A stretch of DNA of 64,000 bases from Lentisphaeria bacterium. GTDB lineage: Bacteria; Verrucomicrobiota; Lentisphaeria; JABSQK01; JAWLHB01. Location of the stretch: NCBI GenBank assembly GCA_041690595.1, contig JAWLHB010000027.1, positions 35,729 to 99,728 on the forward strand, read 5' to 3'. The notes beneath the pieces were generated by a model. The model had not been told where the DNA came from and ran no database searches. It saw nothing but the letters and a program-made list of their open reading frames with translations. The first letter of the stretch is position 1. Each line of letters starts with the position of its first letter. The position numbers and the translations under genes are program-made. Below are positions 47,033-56,646 of the stretch, one piece after another.

Positions 47033-47746
47033 TCAGACGACGTCTGACAGGACGGCGCTGTGGTTTACGAAGGGTTCGCCATCGTAGAGGCCGTGTTCAG
47101 CAATGCGGCTGAGGGCCAAGCGCGCTCGATGGAAGTCATCGGCAAGCTTGCTGAAGACTCCATCCAACTGGAACTCCCAGGCGAGCTGGTCTTCCGAGGC
47201 GGTCCTGTAGGTGGAGCGTCCCAGCTCCACGTAGTATTGGAAGTCAGGTACGCTGCGACGACGGCTCTTGTAGCGCAGGCGCTCCGGGAAGAGGCCAGTG
47301 ATATAAAGCGCGTAGTTCGCAATGTGCGACCGGATGAAGAAGCGGCCCTGCGGCGAACTGCGCTGCATCGCCCGCAGAAGGTCGACCAGATAGACCGTCT
47401 CAGCGGCATCTTCGGCAACCGAACGGTTCACCTTGGGCGCATGGGCATAGTCGGCAAGCATCGCGGCGAGGTATTCGGCGACCTCACGGTCCTCGATCCC
47501 CACTTGCTGGAGGCTGTGCCGCACGATCACGAAGTAGTAGAGGTGATCGGCCGTAGTATGCTCGCGCTGGACGGCCAGCCGGTCGAAGAGGCGCTGATCG
47601 TCAAGAATGACATCGACTGCCTCGGGGTCGTTAAAGAGAGAAAGAAAATCGCCCATTCTGTCTTTGCGGATGTGCAAAGTGGAAGCGATATAATCCTGGA
47701 ATTCATGCGCCAACTCGTGGCGATTCTTGTGCTGGATAAGTTTCAT
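47033..47746 (-). CDS. Hypothetical protein
   Basis: ~237 aa from MKLIQHK. Helical. No recognisable domain. Confidence 0.5.
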   Translation of the reverse strand: MKLIQHKNRHELAHEFQDYIASTLHIRKDRMGDFLSLFNDPEAVDVILDDQRLFDRLAVQREHTTADHLYYFVIVRHSLQQVGIEDREVAEYLAAMLADYAHAPKVNRSVAEDAAETVYLVDLLRAMQRSSPQGRFFIRSHIANYALYITGLFPERLRYKSRRRSVPDFQYYVELGRSTYRTASEDQLAWEFQLDGVFSKLADDFHRARLALSRIAEHGLYDGEPFVNHSAVLSDVV

Positions 47747-47886
47747 GTCCGGGCTCCCCTTGTGGATTGGCATCTTTTGTTCGTTGTGCAACGCTTGAGC
47801 CTGCCGTGGTGGCGGGGATCCGCCTGTGATGGTAGACGTACTGTTTGTGGCTTTTATTCACTGCATGATCGATGCCAAGGCCGGCG

Positions 47887-48573
47887 CTAAAGGTCCAAAG
47901 TACCGCCTGCACGCTCAATACAATCTGGAGAGTCATTCCGGACGTTGTTGACTTTGGTTGACACTGGGTAAAAAGAGAGCCGCTGTTGGTAAGCTTTGAG
48001 CACATGGAGAGGGGGGGAGGGCATCGTCTGGTTGACACTTAGCCAGATTTCGCGCTGCTCCGGCTCCACAATCGCGGGCATGCGATCGTGAAGGTGGGCG
48101 ACATGGGGAGATGCCGCAGTCGTGATGATCGTATAGGAGTGTAGCATTACTTCGCCGCCTGGCTCGCGCCATGTGTCCCAAAGGCCCGCCAGCGTCATCA
48201 AGGGAGCGTCAGCAAGGTGGATGAAGTGCGGAATCTTCTCCTTACCGAGCCGCTGCCACTCGAAGTAGCCGTGGGCAATAACCAGGCAGCGGCGCCGATC
48301 GACAAGGTGGCGGAACGAGGGCTTCTCCGTGAGCGTCTCGCCGCGGGCGTTGATCAACCGGTTGCCGATGCCACGCTCCTTGGCCCAGAAGGGGACCAAC
48401 CCCCATTGCATGAGGCGGATAACCCTGCCGCCGCCATCGTCAAGCAAAACAGGCGTGATCGAGGTGGGTGGGATGTTGAAGCCGGGCAGATAGTCGTCGC
48501 GATCGGGCCACTGGGCGTCGAAGTAGTCGGCGATATCGTCGGCGGGTTGGCTCAGGGAGAATCGGCCGCACAT
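47887..48573 (-). CDS. yedK: SOS-response-associated peptidase (SRAP/YedK, abasic-site processing protein)
   Basis: Starts MCGRF (catalytic Cys2). LMQWGLVPFWAK and HGYFEW are typical SRAP motifs. Confidence 0.85.
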   Translation of the reverse strand: MCGRFSLSQPADDIADYFDAQWPDRDDYLPGFNIPPTSITPVLLDDGGGRVIRLMQWGLVPFWAKERGIGNRLINARGETLTEKPSFRHLVDRRRCLVIAHGYFEWQRLGKEKIPHFIHLADAPLMTLAGLWDTWREPGGEVMLHSYTIITTAASPHVAHLHDRMPAIVEPEQREIWLSVNQTMPSPPLHVLKAYQQRLSFYPVSTKVNNVRNDSPDCIERAGGTLDL

Positions 48574-50864
48574 GGTGAATCGCTCTCCGTGCTGGGAGTT
48601 GGCTCGAAGCAACGGCGCAGCTCGTCGATGCGGCTAAGTGAGAGGATCCGTTCCGCTTGCTGCCTGGCTTCCCCCGTGTCGATCTGCTGAAGCTGCTTCT
48701 GGATGGTGGGAAGGTAACGCGGGTCCACGCTCAGCGTACGAATGCCGATCCCGATCAGGAACGGAATGTACCGTACCTCGTGCGCCATCTCGCCGCAGAT
48801 GGAGACTTGGATACCATGGCGCGCGGCGGCATCCGCAATCCGCTTCAGCGAGCGCAACACCGAAGGATGGTACGGCTGGAAGTAGGGCGCCACCTTCTCG
48901 TTGCTCCGGTCGACCGCGACCAGGAACTGGATGAAGTCGTTGGTGCCGATGCAGAAGAAGTCCACCAGAGGCGCGATATCGTCCAGTATTTCGATCAGCG
49001 AGGGGACTTCCACCATGATGCCGATGCTGATCTCCGGGATGCCCGTTATCCCTTCGGCGACCAACTGCTCGCGGCAGATCTCGACCTCGCGGCGGGCTTC
49101 AAGGTACTCGTCAATGGACGAAATCATGGGGAACATGAGGCGGATACGCCTCCCCCCATGCTCGATGGAGGCCCGGAGAAAGGCGCGTAGCTGCTCGTGG
49201 AAGAGCTTGCGGTGGTGAAGCGAAAAGCGGATGGAGCGCATCCCCAGATTGGGATTGATCTGCTGGCTCTTGTCATCGAAGAAAGCCATCACCTTGTCGC
49301 CACCGATGTCCAGCGTTCGGAAGGTGAGAACGCTTCCTGCGCACTGCTCGACCAGCGTGCGGTAGATGGGGTACTGCTCTTCCTCCGTCGGGAAGTCGGT
49401 TCGTACCAGAAAGGGAAACTCGCTGCGGTACAGGCCCACCCCTTCCGCCTTCAGCTTCGTCGCGTGTTCGAGGTCGCTCAGCAGGTTGATGTTGGCAAAG
49501 AGGGTGATGCGCTGCCCGTCGCGCGTTATGGTTGTCGGCTGCATCTCGCCCCGCGCATGATTGGCCACCTCCCGCGCGTTGTTCCGGTGGCGGAGCCGCT
49601 TCAGGATGTCGTCGTCCGGGTCGATGTGCAGGTGCCCGGCAAAGCCGTCGAGGACAAGGCGCGTGCCGTCTGCCAGGTCGAGCAGGCGCCGATTGCCGGC
49701 GATCATCAAGGGAATCTGCAGCGACCGGGCAAGAATCGAGACATGTGAGGTGACCCCTCCCGTTACCAGCACAATGCCGGCCACCTCTTCCGACGCCAGC
49801 TTGAGCACGTCGGAGGGAAAGAGTGTATCGGCGATGACGATGTGCTGAGAGCACTGCGAACCCGGCTCGGCCAAGCTCTGCTGCAGGTTGCCGATCAGCC
49901 GGCGGCTCAAGTCTTCCACATCCTGGGCCTTCTCGCGGACAAAAGCGTTGGCGTTAGCCGAAAAGAGGTCGATGTATTCCCGCGCCACGCCAAGAATCGC
50001 CCCCGCCGGATGGGTGCCGCCGCGGATCCGCTGCCGCATCTTGCCCGTAAATTCATCGTCCTTGAGCATGAGCACGTGCGCGCTGAAGATCAGTGCCGCC
50101 ATCTCGGGCAGTTTGTGCGCCAGGTCGCGCTGCAGATTCTCGAGCTGGCGCTCCGTCTCGTGGATGGCCCGGTCGAAGTCCTCCTCCGTGTACTGCTCCG
50201 TCAGCACGGTCTCGTTGAGGAGCTGGCTGCTCAGGCGGCGGTTGAGCACGATGGCGGGACCATGGGCATAGCCATCGCTCGCCACTTCGCCGCGAACCAT
50301 CTTGATCGCCGGTTCTTCCAGATCCTCCGCCGCCGGCTCGCTCTCTTCCTGGTGCATCGAGATGAGGATGCGCGCATTCTCGATCGCCCCCGCCAATTGG
50401 GAGGCCGTCGCCTTCAGCGCCATGATATCCGTCTCGGTGAAGGCATTCTCCTCCGGCCGCTGGACAACCAGCACGCCGATGCGGTCGCTCCCCCGGCTGA
50501 TCGGCACCGCCAGAAACGCTTCGAAATGCTCCTCGTCCGTCTCCGCGAAGAAGCGGTAATTCGGGTTGGTGCTGGCGCACTTTTCACAGATCGGCCGTAG
50601 CTCTTGCAGCGCCGTACCGACCAGGCCTTCCCCGAGCCGCAGCTGCACACGCCCGACCGCATCCGCGGAAAGGCCACGCGTCACCCGGAGCGTCAGCCGC
50701 TCCGTGCGCTGACTGTAAAGATAAATCGAACAGACGTCGGAGCGGAGGTGGCTCGCTACCAACTCCACGATTCGCTGCAGAAAACTCTTGATATTCGTGC
50801 TGCCGGCAAGTGAGGCACTCAGCTCGCCGACATCGTTCAGCAGACCCAGATGTGTTTTGGCCAT
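48552..50864 (-). CDS. ptsP: Phosphoenolpyruvate-protein phosphotransferase PtsP (EI-Ntr) with N-terminal GAF domain
   Basis: GAF N-domain plus PEP-utilising enzyme motifs (GGVTSHVSILARSLQIP, CGEMA...). Start at MAKTHLGLL. Confidence 0.9.
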   Translation of the reverse strand: MAKTHLGLLNDVGELSASLAGSTNIKSFLQRIVELVASHLRSDVCSIYLYSQRTERLTLRVTRGLSADAVGRVQLRLGEGLVGTALQELRPICEKCASTNPNYRFFAETDEEHFEAFLAVPISRGSDRIGVLVVQRPEENAFTETDIMALKATASQLAGAIENARILISMHQEESEPAAEDLEEPAIKMVRGEVASDGYAHGPAIVLNRRLSSQLLNETVLTEQYTEEDFDRAIHETERQLENLQRDLAHKLPEMAALIFSAHVLMLKDDEFTGKMRQRIRGGTHPAGAILGVAREYIDLFSANANAFVREKAQDVEDLSRRLIGNLQQSLAEPGSQCSQHIVIADTLFPSDVLKLASEEVAGIVLVTGGVTSHVSILARSLQIPLMIAGNRRLLDLADGTRLVLDGFAGHLHIDPDDDILKRLRHRNNAREVANHARGEMQPTTITRDGQRITLFANINLLSDLEHATKLKAEGVGLYRSEFPFLVRTDFPTEEEQYPIYRTLVEQCAGSVLTFRTLDIGGDKVMAFFDDKSQQINPNLGMRSIRFSLHHRKLFHEQLRAFLRASIEHGGRRIRLMFPMISSIDEYLEARREVEICREQLVAEGITGIPEISIGIMVEVPSLIEILDDIAPLVDFFCIGTNDFIQFLVAVDRSNEKVAPYFQPYHPSVLRSLKRIADAAARHGIQVSICGEMAHEVRYIPFLIGIGIRTLSVDPRYLPTIQKQLQQIDTGEARQQAERILSLSRIDELRRCFEPTPSTESDSPCAADSP

Positions 50865-50990
50865 AGGTTTCGGTTCCGCCGCGGTGGCTGTCAAGATGGG
50901 GGGTGGATGCATGAAGATACCTTAAGTCGCATGACTTGCGAAGAGGTGAGGGCGAAAATGGCATCTCGCCGGCGAGCCCCTGAGCGGCAG

Positions 50991-51031
50991 AAAAAAAGCA
51001 CCCCGGCGGATCCGGGAACCAGCCGGGGTGC
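50991..51031 (-). terminator. Rho-independent terminator after glnK (GCACCCCGGC...GCCGGGGUGC + U7 on the minus transcript)
   Basis: Read directly. Lies 25 nt downstream of the glnK stop. Confidence 0.65.
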
Positions 51032-51055
51032 TGAGGATCGGTGGCGCCAGGCTCC

Positions 51056-51397
51056 TTAACCAATGGCCGCCTGGCCGGTCTCGCCAGTGCGGATGCGGAT
51101 ACAGTCATCGAGCTTGATCACGAAGATCTTGCCATCACCGATCTTCTGTGTACGCGCACCATCGATGATCGCATCGATCGTCGCCTGCACAAAGTCGTCG
51201 TTGACGGCCACCTCCAGGCGCACCTTCTTCAGAAGGTTCACCTCCACATCGACGCCGCGGTAGCTCTCGTGGTACCCCTTCTGCTGGCCACAGCCAAGCG
51301 CATTCGTGACGGAGAGCTTGTACACCTCCTTCTCGTAAAGCTTCTGCTTGACGTGGTTGAGGCGTTCGGGCTGTATATACGCTATGATGAGTTTCAT
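51056..51397 (-). CDS. glnK: Nitrogen regulatory protein P-II
   Basis: [21 protein letters not shown]...[28 protein letters not shown]. 113 aa. Immediately downstream of amtB. Confidence 0.9.
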   Translation of the reverse strand: MKLIIAYIQPERLNHVKQKLYEKEVYKLSVTNALGCGQQKGYHESYRGVDVEVNLLKKVRLEVAVNDDFVQATIDAIIDGARTQKIGDGKIFVIKLDDCIRIRTGETGQAAIG

Positions 51398-51431
51398 GAT
51401 GAAAACTGTGCTCCTTGATCGTGTTGGCTGA

Positions 51432-52781
51432 TTACTGAGTGGTGAAGATCTGGAAACCGCCGTACGCTTCCATCCCATGCTCGCCGATGTCCAGGCCGCG
51501 AAGCTCTTCGTCGGCCGGCACCCGGATTCCCATCAGCATCTTGATGGCGCCAAGAATGATCGTCGTCGCCACCACGCAGGTTACCCCTACCGCGACTACC
51601 CCGATCAACTGCGGCATGAAGGCCATCTTGACCAACACCCCCGCCTCGTTGGCCGTGTACCCGAAGATACCGACCGCCAGCGTTCCCCAGATTCCGCAGA
51701 CCAGGTGGACCGACAGCGCCCCCACCGGATCGTCCAGCCGCAGTTTCTGGTCGATCAACAGAACCGCCAGGACCACGATCACGCCTGCGATTCCGCCGAT
51801 GATGATCGCGGATGTCACCGAGACCACGTCCGCTCCCGCCGTGATGCCGACCAAACCGGCCAGCGCTCCGTTCAGCGCCATCGTCAGATCCGGCTTCTTC
51901 TGCACGACCCAGGAGGTCACGATCGCGCCGACAATCCCCGCGGCAGCCGCCAGACTCGTCGTCACCAGAACGAAGGAGACCCCAGCCGGATCGCCGCTCA
52001 GCACCGAACCGCCGTTGAAGCCGAACCAACCGAGCCAGAGCAGGAAGACGCCGATCGTAGCCAGCGGCATATTGTGTCCGGGGATCGCCCGGCTGCGTCC
52101 TTCCACGTACTTGCCGATCCGTGGCCCGAGCATGAAGGCCGCCACCAGCGCTGCCCAGCCGCCCACCGAATGCACAAGGGTCGACCCCGCGAAGTCATAG
52201 AAACCAAGCTGATCGAGCCAGCCTGCTCCCCACTTCCAACTCCCCACCACCGGATAGACGATACCCACGTACAGCGTGGTGAAGATCAGGAAGCTGCTCA
52301 GCTTGACCCGTTCCGCCACCGCGCCCGAAACAATCGTCGCCGCCGTCGCCGCGAACATCCCCTGGAAGAGGAAGTCCGTCCAGTAGGTATAACCGGCCGA
52401 CGCATAGGCCGCGGTCAGACCTTCCGGCCCCGTTCCGATCCCAAAGCCGGCGAAGGCAAGGTACTTGAAGTCCACCCCCGGGTACATCAGCGAGAACCCG
52501 ATCAGCGCATACGTCAGCAACCCGATCGCCAGGATGGCCGTATTCTTGAAGAGTATGTTGGTCGTGTTCTTCGCTCGCGTCAGACCCGTCTCCAGCGTCG
52601 CAAAACCCAGGTGCATGATAAAGACCAGAAAGGTCGACACCATCATCCAGATGTTGTTGGCTGTAAACAGCGCATCCAGAGCGGTCACTTCCGCTGCTTC
52701 TTCGGCGGCTTCAGCCTGCCCTGCACAGAGCAGGAGACCGCAGCCGATCAGGGGTAAATAGGTGAGTAGACGGTTTTTCAT
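51432..52781 (-). CDS. amtB: Ammonium transporter AmtB
   Basis: 11-TM Amt family signatures ([38 protein letters not shown]). Signal peptide. Confidence 0.9.
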   Translation of the reverse strand: MKNRLLTYLPLIGCGLLLCAGQAEAAEEAAEVTALDALFTANNIWMMVSTFLVFIMHLGFATLETGLTRAKNTTNILFKNTAILAIGLLTYALIGFSLMYPGVDFKYLAFAGFGIGTGPEGLTAAYASAGYTYWTDFLFQGMFAATAATIVSGAVAERVKLSSFLIFTTLYVGIVYPVVGSWKWGAGWLDQLGFYDFAGSTLVHSVGGWAALVAAFMLGPRIGKYVEGRSRAIPGHNMPLATIGVFLLWLGWFGFNGGSVLSGDPAGVSFVLVTTSLAAAAGIVGAIVTSWVVQKKPDLTMALNGALAGLVGITAGADVVSVTSAIIIGGIAGVIVVLAVLLIDQKLRLDDPVGALSVHLVCGIWGTLAVGIFGYTANEAGVLVKMAFMPQLIGVVAVGVTCVVATTIILGAIKMLMGIRVPADEELRGLDIGEHGMEAYGGFQIFTTQ

Positions 52782-52957
52782 CAGTGAAAGATCTCCTTTA
52801 GTTTCTTGTTTTATGCTCGTTCAAATGATCGATCGAAAAGGGATGCGCCCCGAATTCGTCTCGTGGCCCCGCTCGCACATCGCTGGATAGGCGGTCTCCT
52901 TTTGAGCTGAAAAGTGGCTCTCTCTACCGACACTGTCATGTAGGTAGCACCCCCTTT

Positions 52958-52974
52958 AGCAGTCAACATGCCAA
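52958..52974 (-). promoter_or_regulatory. Sigma-54-type -24/-12 promoter candidate (TTGGCATGTTGACTGCT on the minus strand) upstream of amtB-glnK
   Basis: GG and GC elements at canonical spacing. Lies ~165 nt upstream of the amtB ATG. Confidence 0.45.
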
Positions 52975-53111
52975 CTCTGCTAAAGCCACCGCCGCCACCC
53001 CCACTTTCCGCCTCCACAATTTTGCCCGACGCACCCCTCCGACCGCTCCCTCTGCCGATCGCGAATTCTACAAAATTGTAGTATAAGGGGGTTGTATCTC
53101 ACGATTTTGTC

Positions 53112-54719
53112 ATGTACTGTCTGCCCCAAAGCCATCCTCACGACCTTATCGATGACCAGGCTACCCCGGGAGTTTCCGTGGAGAATTCGCACAAATTGCA
53201 GTTGGAAGTCCTCTACCGTATCAGCCAGGCACTGGTGCATTACCAGGACGTGAGCGCCCTCATGCAGGAAGTCCTCGATATCCTCGAGACCGAGATGGGC
53301 ATGTGGCGTGGCACCCTCACCCTGCGCCACATGGACAGCAACGACCTCAACATCGAAGCATCCAAGGGGCTCACCGCCGGCGAGATCAAGCGCGGCCGCT
53401 ACAAGGTCGGCGAGGGCATCACCGGTCGCGTCGCCGCCACCGGCGAGCCGGCGGTCATTCCCGATATCAGCAAGGAACCTTCCTTCCTCGACCGTACGCG
53501 CAGCCGCGGCAGCGCCAGCGTCGCCTTCATCTGTGTGCCCATCGTCCATCAGCACGAAGTGATCGGCACCATGAGCATCGACTGCCCTGCCTCCGACGAG
53601 CGCATCCTCGACCAGAACCTCTCCTTCCTGATGATCATCGCCAACGTCCTTGCCGAGGCCGTCTCGAGTATCCGCTCGCAGGTTCAGGAACGCGAGGCTC
53701 TCCTGGCGGAGAATCGCAAGCTGCGCATGGAATTGGGCGATCAGTATCGCCCCAGCAACATCATCGGCAACTGCGCGGCCATGCGCGCTGTCTACATGCA
53801 GATTGCCCAGGTCGCCAACAGCCAGGCCACCGTCATCGTTCGCGGCGAATCCGGCACCGGGAAGGAACTGGTCGCCAGAGCCGTCCACTACGCCAGCGAA
53901 CGCAAGAACGGACCTTTCATCGCCGTCAACTGCGCCGCACTCCCCGAAAACCTCATCGAGAGCGAGTTGTTCGGACACGAAAAGGGCGCCTTCACCGGGG
54001 CCATTCAGCGCCGCCAGGGACGCTTCGAACTCGCTAACGGCGGCACCTTGTTCCTCGACGAAATCGGCGACATCTCCACCGCGGTGCAGGTCCGCCTGCT
54101 CCGTGTCCTTCAGGAGAAGGTCTTCGAGCGCGTTGGCGGCGCCGAGTCTATCCATTCCAATGTCCGCGTCGTCACCGCCACCCGCCGCGACCTGGAGAAA
54201 GCCATTGTGGACGGCCGTTTCCGCGAAGACCTCTACTTCCGCCTCAACGTCTTCCCCATTCACCTCCCCCCCCTGCGCGAGCGCCGCAGCGACATCGTCC
54301 TCCTCGCCGACCACTTCCTCGCCCGCTGCAACGAGCGTTACGCTCGTACCATCAAGCGCATCTCCACGCCCGCCATCAACATGATGATGAGCTATCACTG
54401 GCCTGGAAACGTCCGCGAGCTCGAGAACTGCATCGAATACGCCGTCCTCAATACCGGTGACGATGTCATTCACGGCTTCAATCTGCCGCCGTCCCTTCAG
54501 ACCGCCAAAGAGACGCACACCGAGTTCATCCCCAGCGAGGGCGCCAGCCTCGAAGGACTCCTCGGCGCCTACGAACGCGAGATCCTGGTCGATGCACTCA
54601 AAACCCATCGAGGAAACTGCTCCGCGGCCGCACGAGCCCTCCAGGCTACCCCCCGCATCTTCAACTACCGCGTCAAACGACACCACATCGACATCGATTC
54701 CTTCCGCGTCGGCTCCTGA
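53112..54719 (+). CDS. Sigma-54-dependent transcriptional activator with N-terminal GAF domain (NifA-like bEBP)
   Basis: GAF region, then AAA+ sigma-54 interaction motifs ([40 protein letters not shown]) and C-terminal HTH. True start may be the internal GTG at ~53177. Confidence 0.85.
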   Translation: MYCLPQSHPHDLIDDQATPGVSVENSHKLQLEVLYRISQALVHYQDVSALMQEVLDILETEMGMWRGTLTLRHMDSNDLNIEASKGLTAGEIKRGRYKVGEGITGRVAATGEPAVIPDISKEPSFLDRTRSRGSASVAFICVPIVHQHEVIGTMSIDCPASDERILDQNLSFLMIIANVLAEAVSSIRSQVQEREALLAENRKLRMELGDQYRPSNIIGNCAAMRAVYMQIAQVANSQATVIVRGESGTGKELVARAVHYASERKNGPFIAVNCAALPENLIESELFGHEKGAFTGAIQRRQGRFELANGGTLFLDEIGDISTAVQVRLLRVLQEKVFERVGGAESIHSNVRVVTATRRDLEKAIVDGRFREDLYFRLNVFPIHLPPLRERRSDIVLLADHFLARCNERYARTIKRISTPAINMMMSYHWPGNVRELENCIEYAVLNTGDDVIHGFNLPPSLQTAKETHTEFIPSEGASLEGLLGAYEREILVDALKTHRGNCSAAARALQATPRIFNYRVKRHHIDIDSFRVGS

Positions 54720-54804
54720 GAGTCTGCGTCCGCCGCGTTCCCTCACCCCGGGACCCGAAACCTTTGGTTGCGGCCACGCCCGCGCTATGCTCCTCTACCG
54801 CCTT

Positions 54805-54843
54805 ACAAAAGTGTCGAACTTACCCCAAAATCGACACTTTTGT
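54805..54843. promoter_or_regulatory. 13-bp perfect inverted repeat ACAAAAGTGTCGA-N13-TCGACACTTTTGT; bidirectional terminator and/or enhancer-binding-protein UAS
   Basis: Read directly. Lies 86 nt after the NifA-like stop and ~115 bp upstream of the sigma-54 -24 element at 54937. Confidence 0.4.
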
Positions 54844-54936
54844 TCTCCCTTCCCCTGATCGCCGATGGGTTATGAGAAGCTCCTGCCGTACGCAAGTCAT
54901 TGATCCATAGATGCTTGCTGTTCCCATTATCGCCTT

Positions 54937-54952
54937 TGGCACTCCGCTGGCT
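54937..54952 (+). promoter_or_regulatory. Sigma-54-type -24/-12 promoter candidate (TGGCAC-TCCGC-TGGCT)
   Basis: GG/GC spacing is canonical. Lies upstream of the 55168..58849 plus-strand gene string. Confidence 0.35.
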
Positions 54953-55082
54953 ATGCATCGTGCATGACATGCAACAACGGGCCGGCGACATGCTGTCGGT
55001 TCGCACCCAAACCGCGAGCGAGGAGAAACTGCCAGGAAGGAACAGTACGCAAGTCGAGCATCTGAATAATCTCTGCCCCCCC

Positions 55083-55120
55083 GATGCCCCCCGTTCCAGT
55101 TCTCCTGGACGGGGGGCATC
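55083..55120 (+). other. 12-bp GC-rich perfect hairpin GATGCCCCCCGT-N14-ACGGGGGGCATC in the 5' UTR, 48 nt upstream of the hypothetical gene
   Basis: Read directly. Not followed by a clear U-run. Confidence 0.4.
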
Positions 55121-55167
55121 CTTTCCTGCTCCTTGGCGTTCGGGCCACCGAGGGTTATAGTGGAACC

Positions 55168-55506
55168 ATGACAACCTGGTACTGCAAGAATCTTGGTGAT
55201 GGGCTGGTGGCCGCTGATCCCATTGCCCGCATTGAAGCCCACTATGCCGCCTGCGCCGAACCGCCGGCTGCTGATGTCGCCGTCTTCACCCGCCACTGCA
55301 TGGGCGAGCTTCACTGTACCATCATCGCCTATTTCTCCCCCGCCGCCGCGCCACTGGCTCGCGCCGCTGGCGCGCTGCCTTGCGGACCACCTCCACCTGG
55401 CGATCTCGAACTGCTCGTCGGCACCGAGCACGCATGGACTTTGCTCTTCCCGCAGACCCCCCGGCCACATCCCCTACGCCCCCACCTTTCTGCCGACTCT
55501 GCTTGA
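55168..55506 (+). CDS. Hypothetical protein (112 aa)
   Basis: MTTWYCKNLGDGLVAADPIARIEAHYAACAEPP... Track ORF 55084..55506. Start chosen after the hairpin. No domain recognised. Confidence 0.4.
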   Translation: MTTWYCKNLGDGLVAADPIARIEAHYAACAEPPAADVAVFTRHCMGELHCTIIAYFSPAAAPLARAAGALPCGPPPPGDLELLVGTEHAWTLLFPQTPRPHPLRPHLSADSA

Positions 55507-55614
55507 AAAAAGCACACAAACCATGGACATTAAGGGGTTAACTTGAACCCTGCACCAGCGCACCAAGGCTACGTCGTGCACCCGACAGCCAACACACGCG
55601 CTACGAGGTTGGAC

Positions 55615-56238
55615 ATGCGCTTTGGCATTCGAGGACGAGCAGCGGTGAAGCCTCTGCCGCTATGCTTTTATGAACACCCGGTCTTGCGCCGGAAGAGCGT
55701 TGATGTTGATGAAATCACCGACGACATCCGCGACTTTGCCGAGCGGATGATTGTTACCATGCATGAGAACGACGGTATCGGTCTCGCTGCTCCACAGGTC
55801 GGTCGCAACATCAATCTGGTTGTCATCGACATCCCCATGCCCGAGACGTCCGATGGCGCGCCCCTCCCTTGGAACTCTCCCGGTGAAGCGATGCTCCTGC
55901 CGCGCATGCCTGTCGTCATCGTCAATCCCGTGCTGAGCGACTTCTCCGAGAGCCAGTATGCACACGAAGAGGGATGTTTGAGCATCCCCGAGCTGCGCGG
56001 CACCGTCACCCGACCGGTCGAATGTACCTTGAGCGCCATGACCCTCGCCGGTCTGCCGCTGAACGTCCGCTGCGCCGGACTCCTCTCACGATGCCTCCAG
56101 CATGAAGTCGATCATCTCAAGGCAATTCTCTTCACCGATAAGATCCCAGAGGAAGAGAAAGATGCAATGGCAGACAAGCTGACACGCATGCAGCGACGCA
56201 CGCAGGCTTCACTTAAACGCAAGCGCCAGCGCGGCTGA
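55615..56238 (+). CDS. def: Peptide deformylase
   Basis: GIGLAAPQVG, EGCLSIP and QHEVDHL, the three PDF motifs. Start ambiguous (track 55543, ATG 55615). Confidence 0.9.
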   Translation: MRFGIRGRAAVKPLPLCFYEHPVLRRKSVDVDEITDDIRDFAERMIVTMHENDGIGLAAPQVGRNINLVVIDIPMPETSDGAPLPWNSPGEAMLLPRMPVVIVNPVLSDFSESQYAHEEGCLSIPELRGTVTRPVECTLSAMTLAGLPLNVRCAGLLSRCLQHEVDHLKAILFTDKIPEEEKDAMADKLTRMQRRTQASLKRKRQRG

Positions 56239-56263
56239 ATGCCCGCTCAACAGGGGGGAGTCG

Positions 56264-56575
56264 ATGGTCAAAGTCAAGGAGCAGCCCGAGTACGAACGGC
56301 TGGAAGAGATTCTGCGAAACCTGTGCACCAAGTATGGCTACAAGCTTTTTGTCGCCGGATGGGCTCGTAAAACCTTCGACGTCTTCGAGGAGCAGCGCGA
56401 GATGCGGCGCCTCGACCCGCTGGTGCGCGTCGAAAGCCTCGCCACCAGCAATGGCGAAATACAGATCTTCGCCGAACGCGCCCAGGCATTCGCGCAGGAG
56501 CTGGGCGCCGAACTCGAGCAGGCCTTCCCCATCGGCGAAGCCGTCCTTGTGCGCGCCAACCCTCCCGGCTATTGA
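56264..56575 (+). CDS. Hypothetical protein (103 aa)
   Basis: Track ORF with good RBS context. No recognisable domain. Confidence 0.45.
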   Translation: MVKVKEQPEYERLEEILRNLCTKYGYKLFVAGWARKTFDVFEEQREMRRLDPLVRVESLATSNGEIQIFAERAQAFAQELGAELEQAFPIGEAVLVRANPPGY

Positions 56576-56646
56576 GTGAGACCCATGCAGCCCGCGCCGG
56601 CTCCCGATAGTGAACGGCCCAAGGCTACCAGAGTGAGGTTTTCCTG

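Noticed and set aside
53062-53075. CTACAAAATTGTAG looked like a perfect palindrome (possible small operator)
   Set aside because: On checking, the spacer is not self-complementary (AAAATT vs AATTTT). The meaningful symmetry is the longer ACAAAATTGT-N21-ACGATTTTGT inverted repeat reported in the findings.
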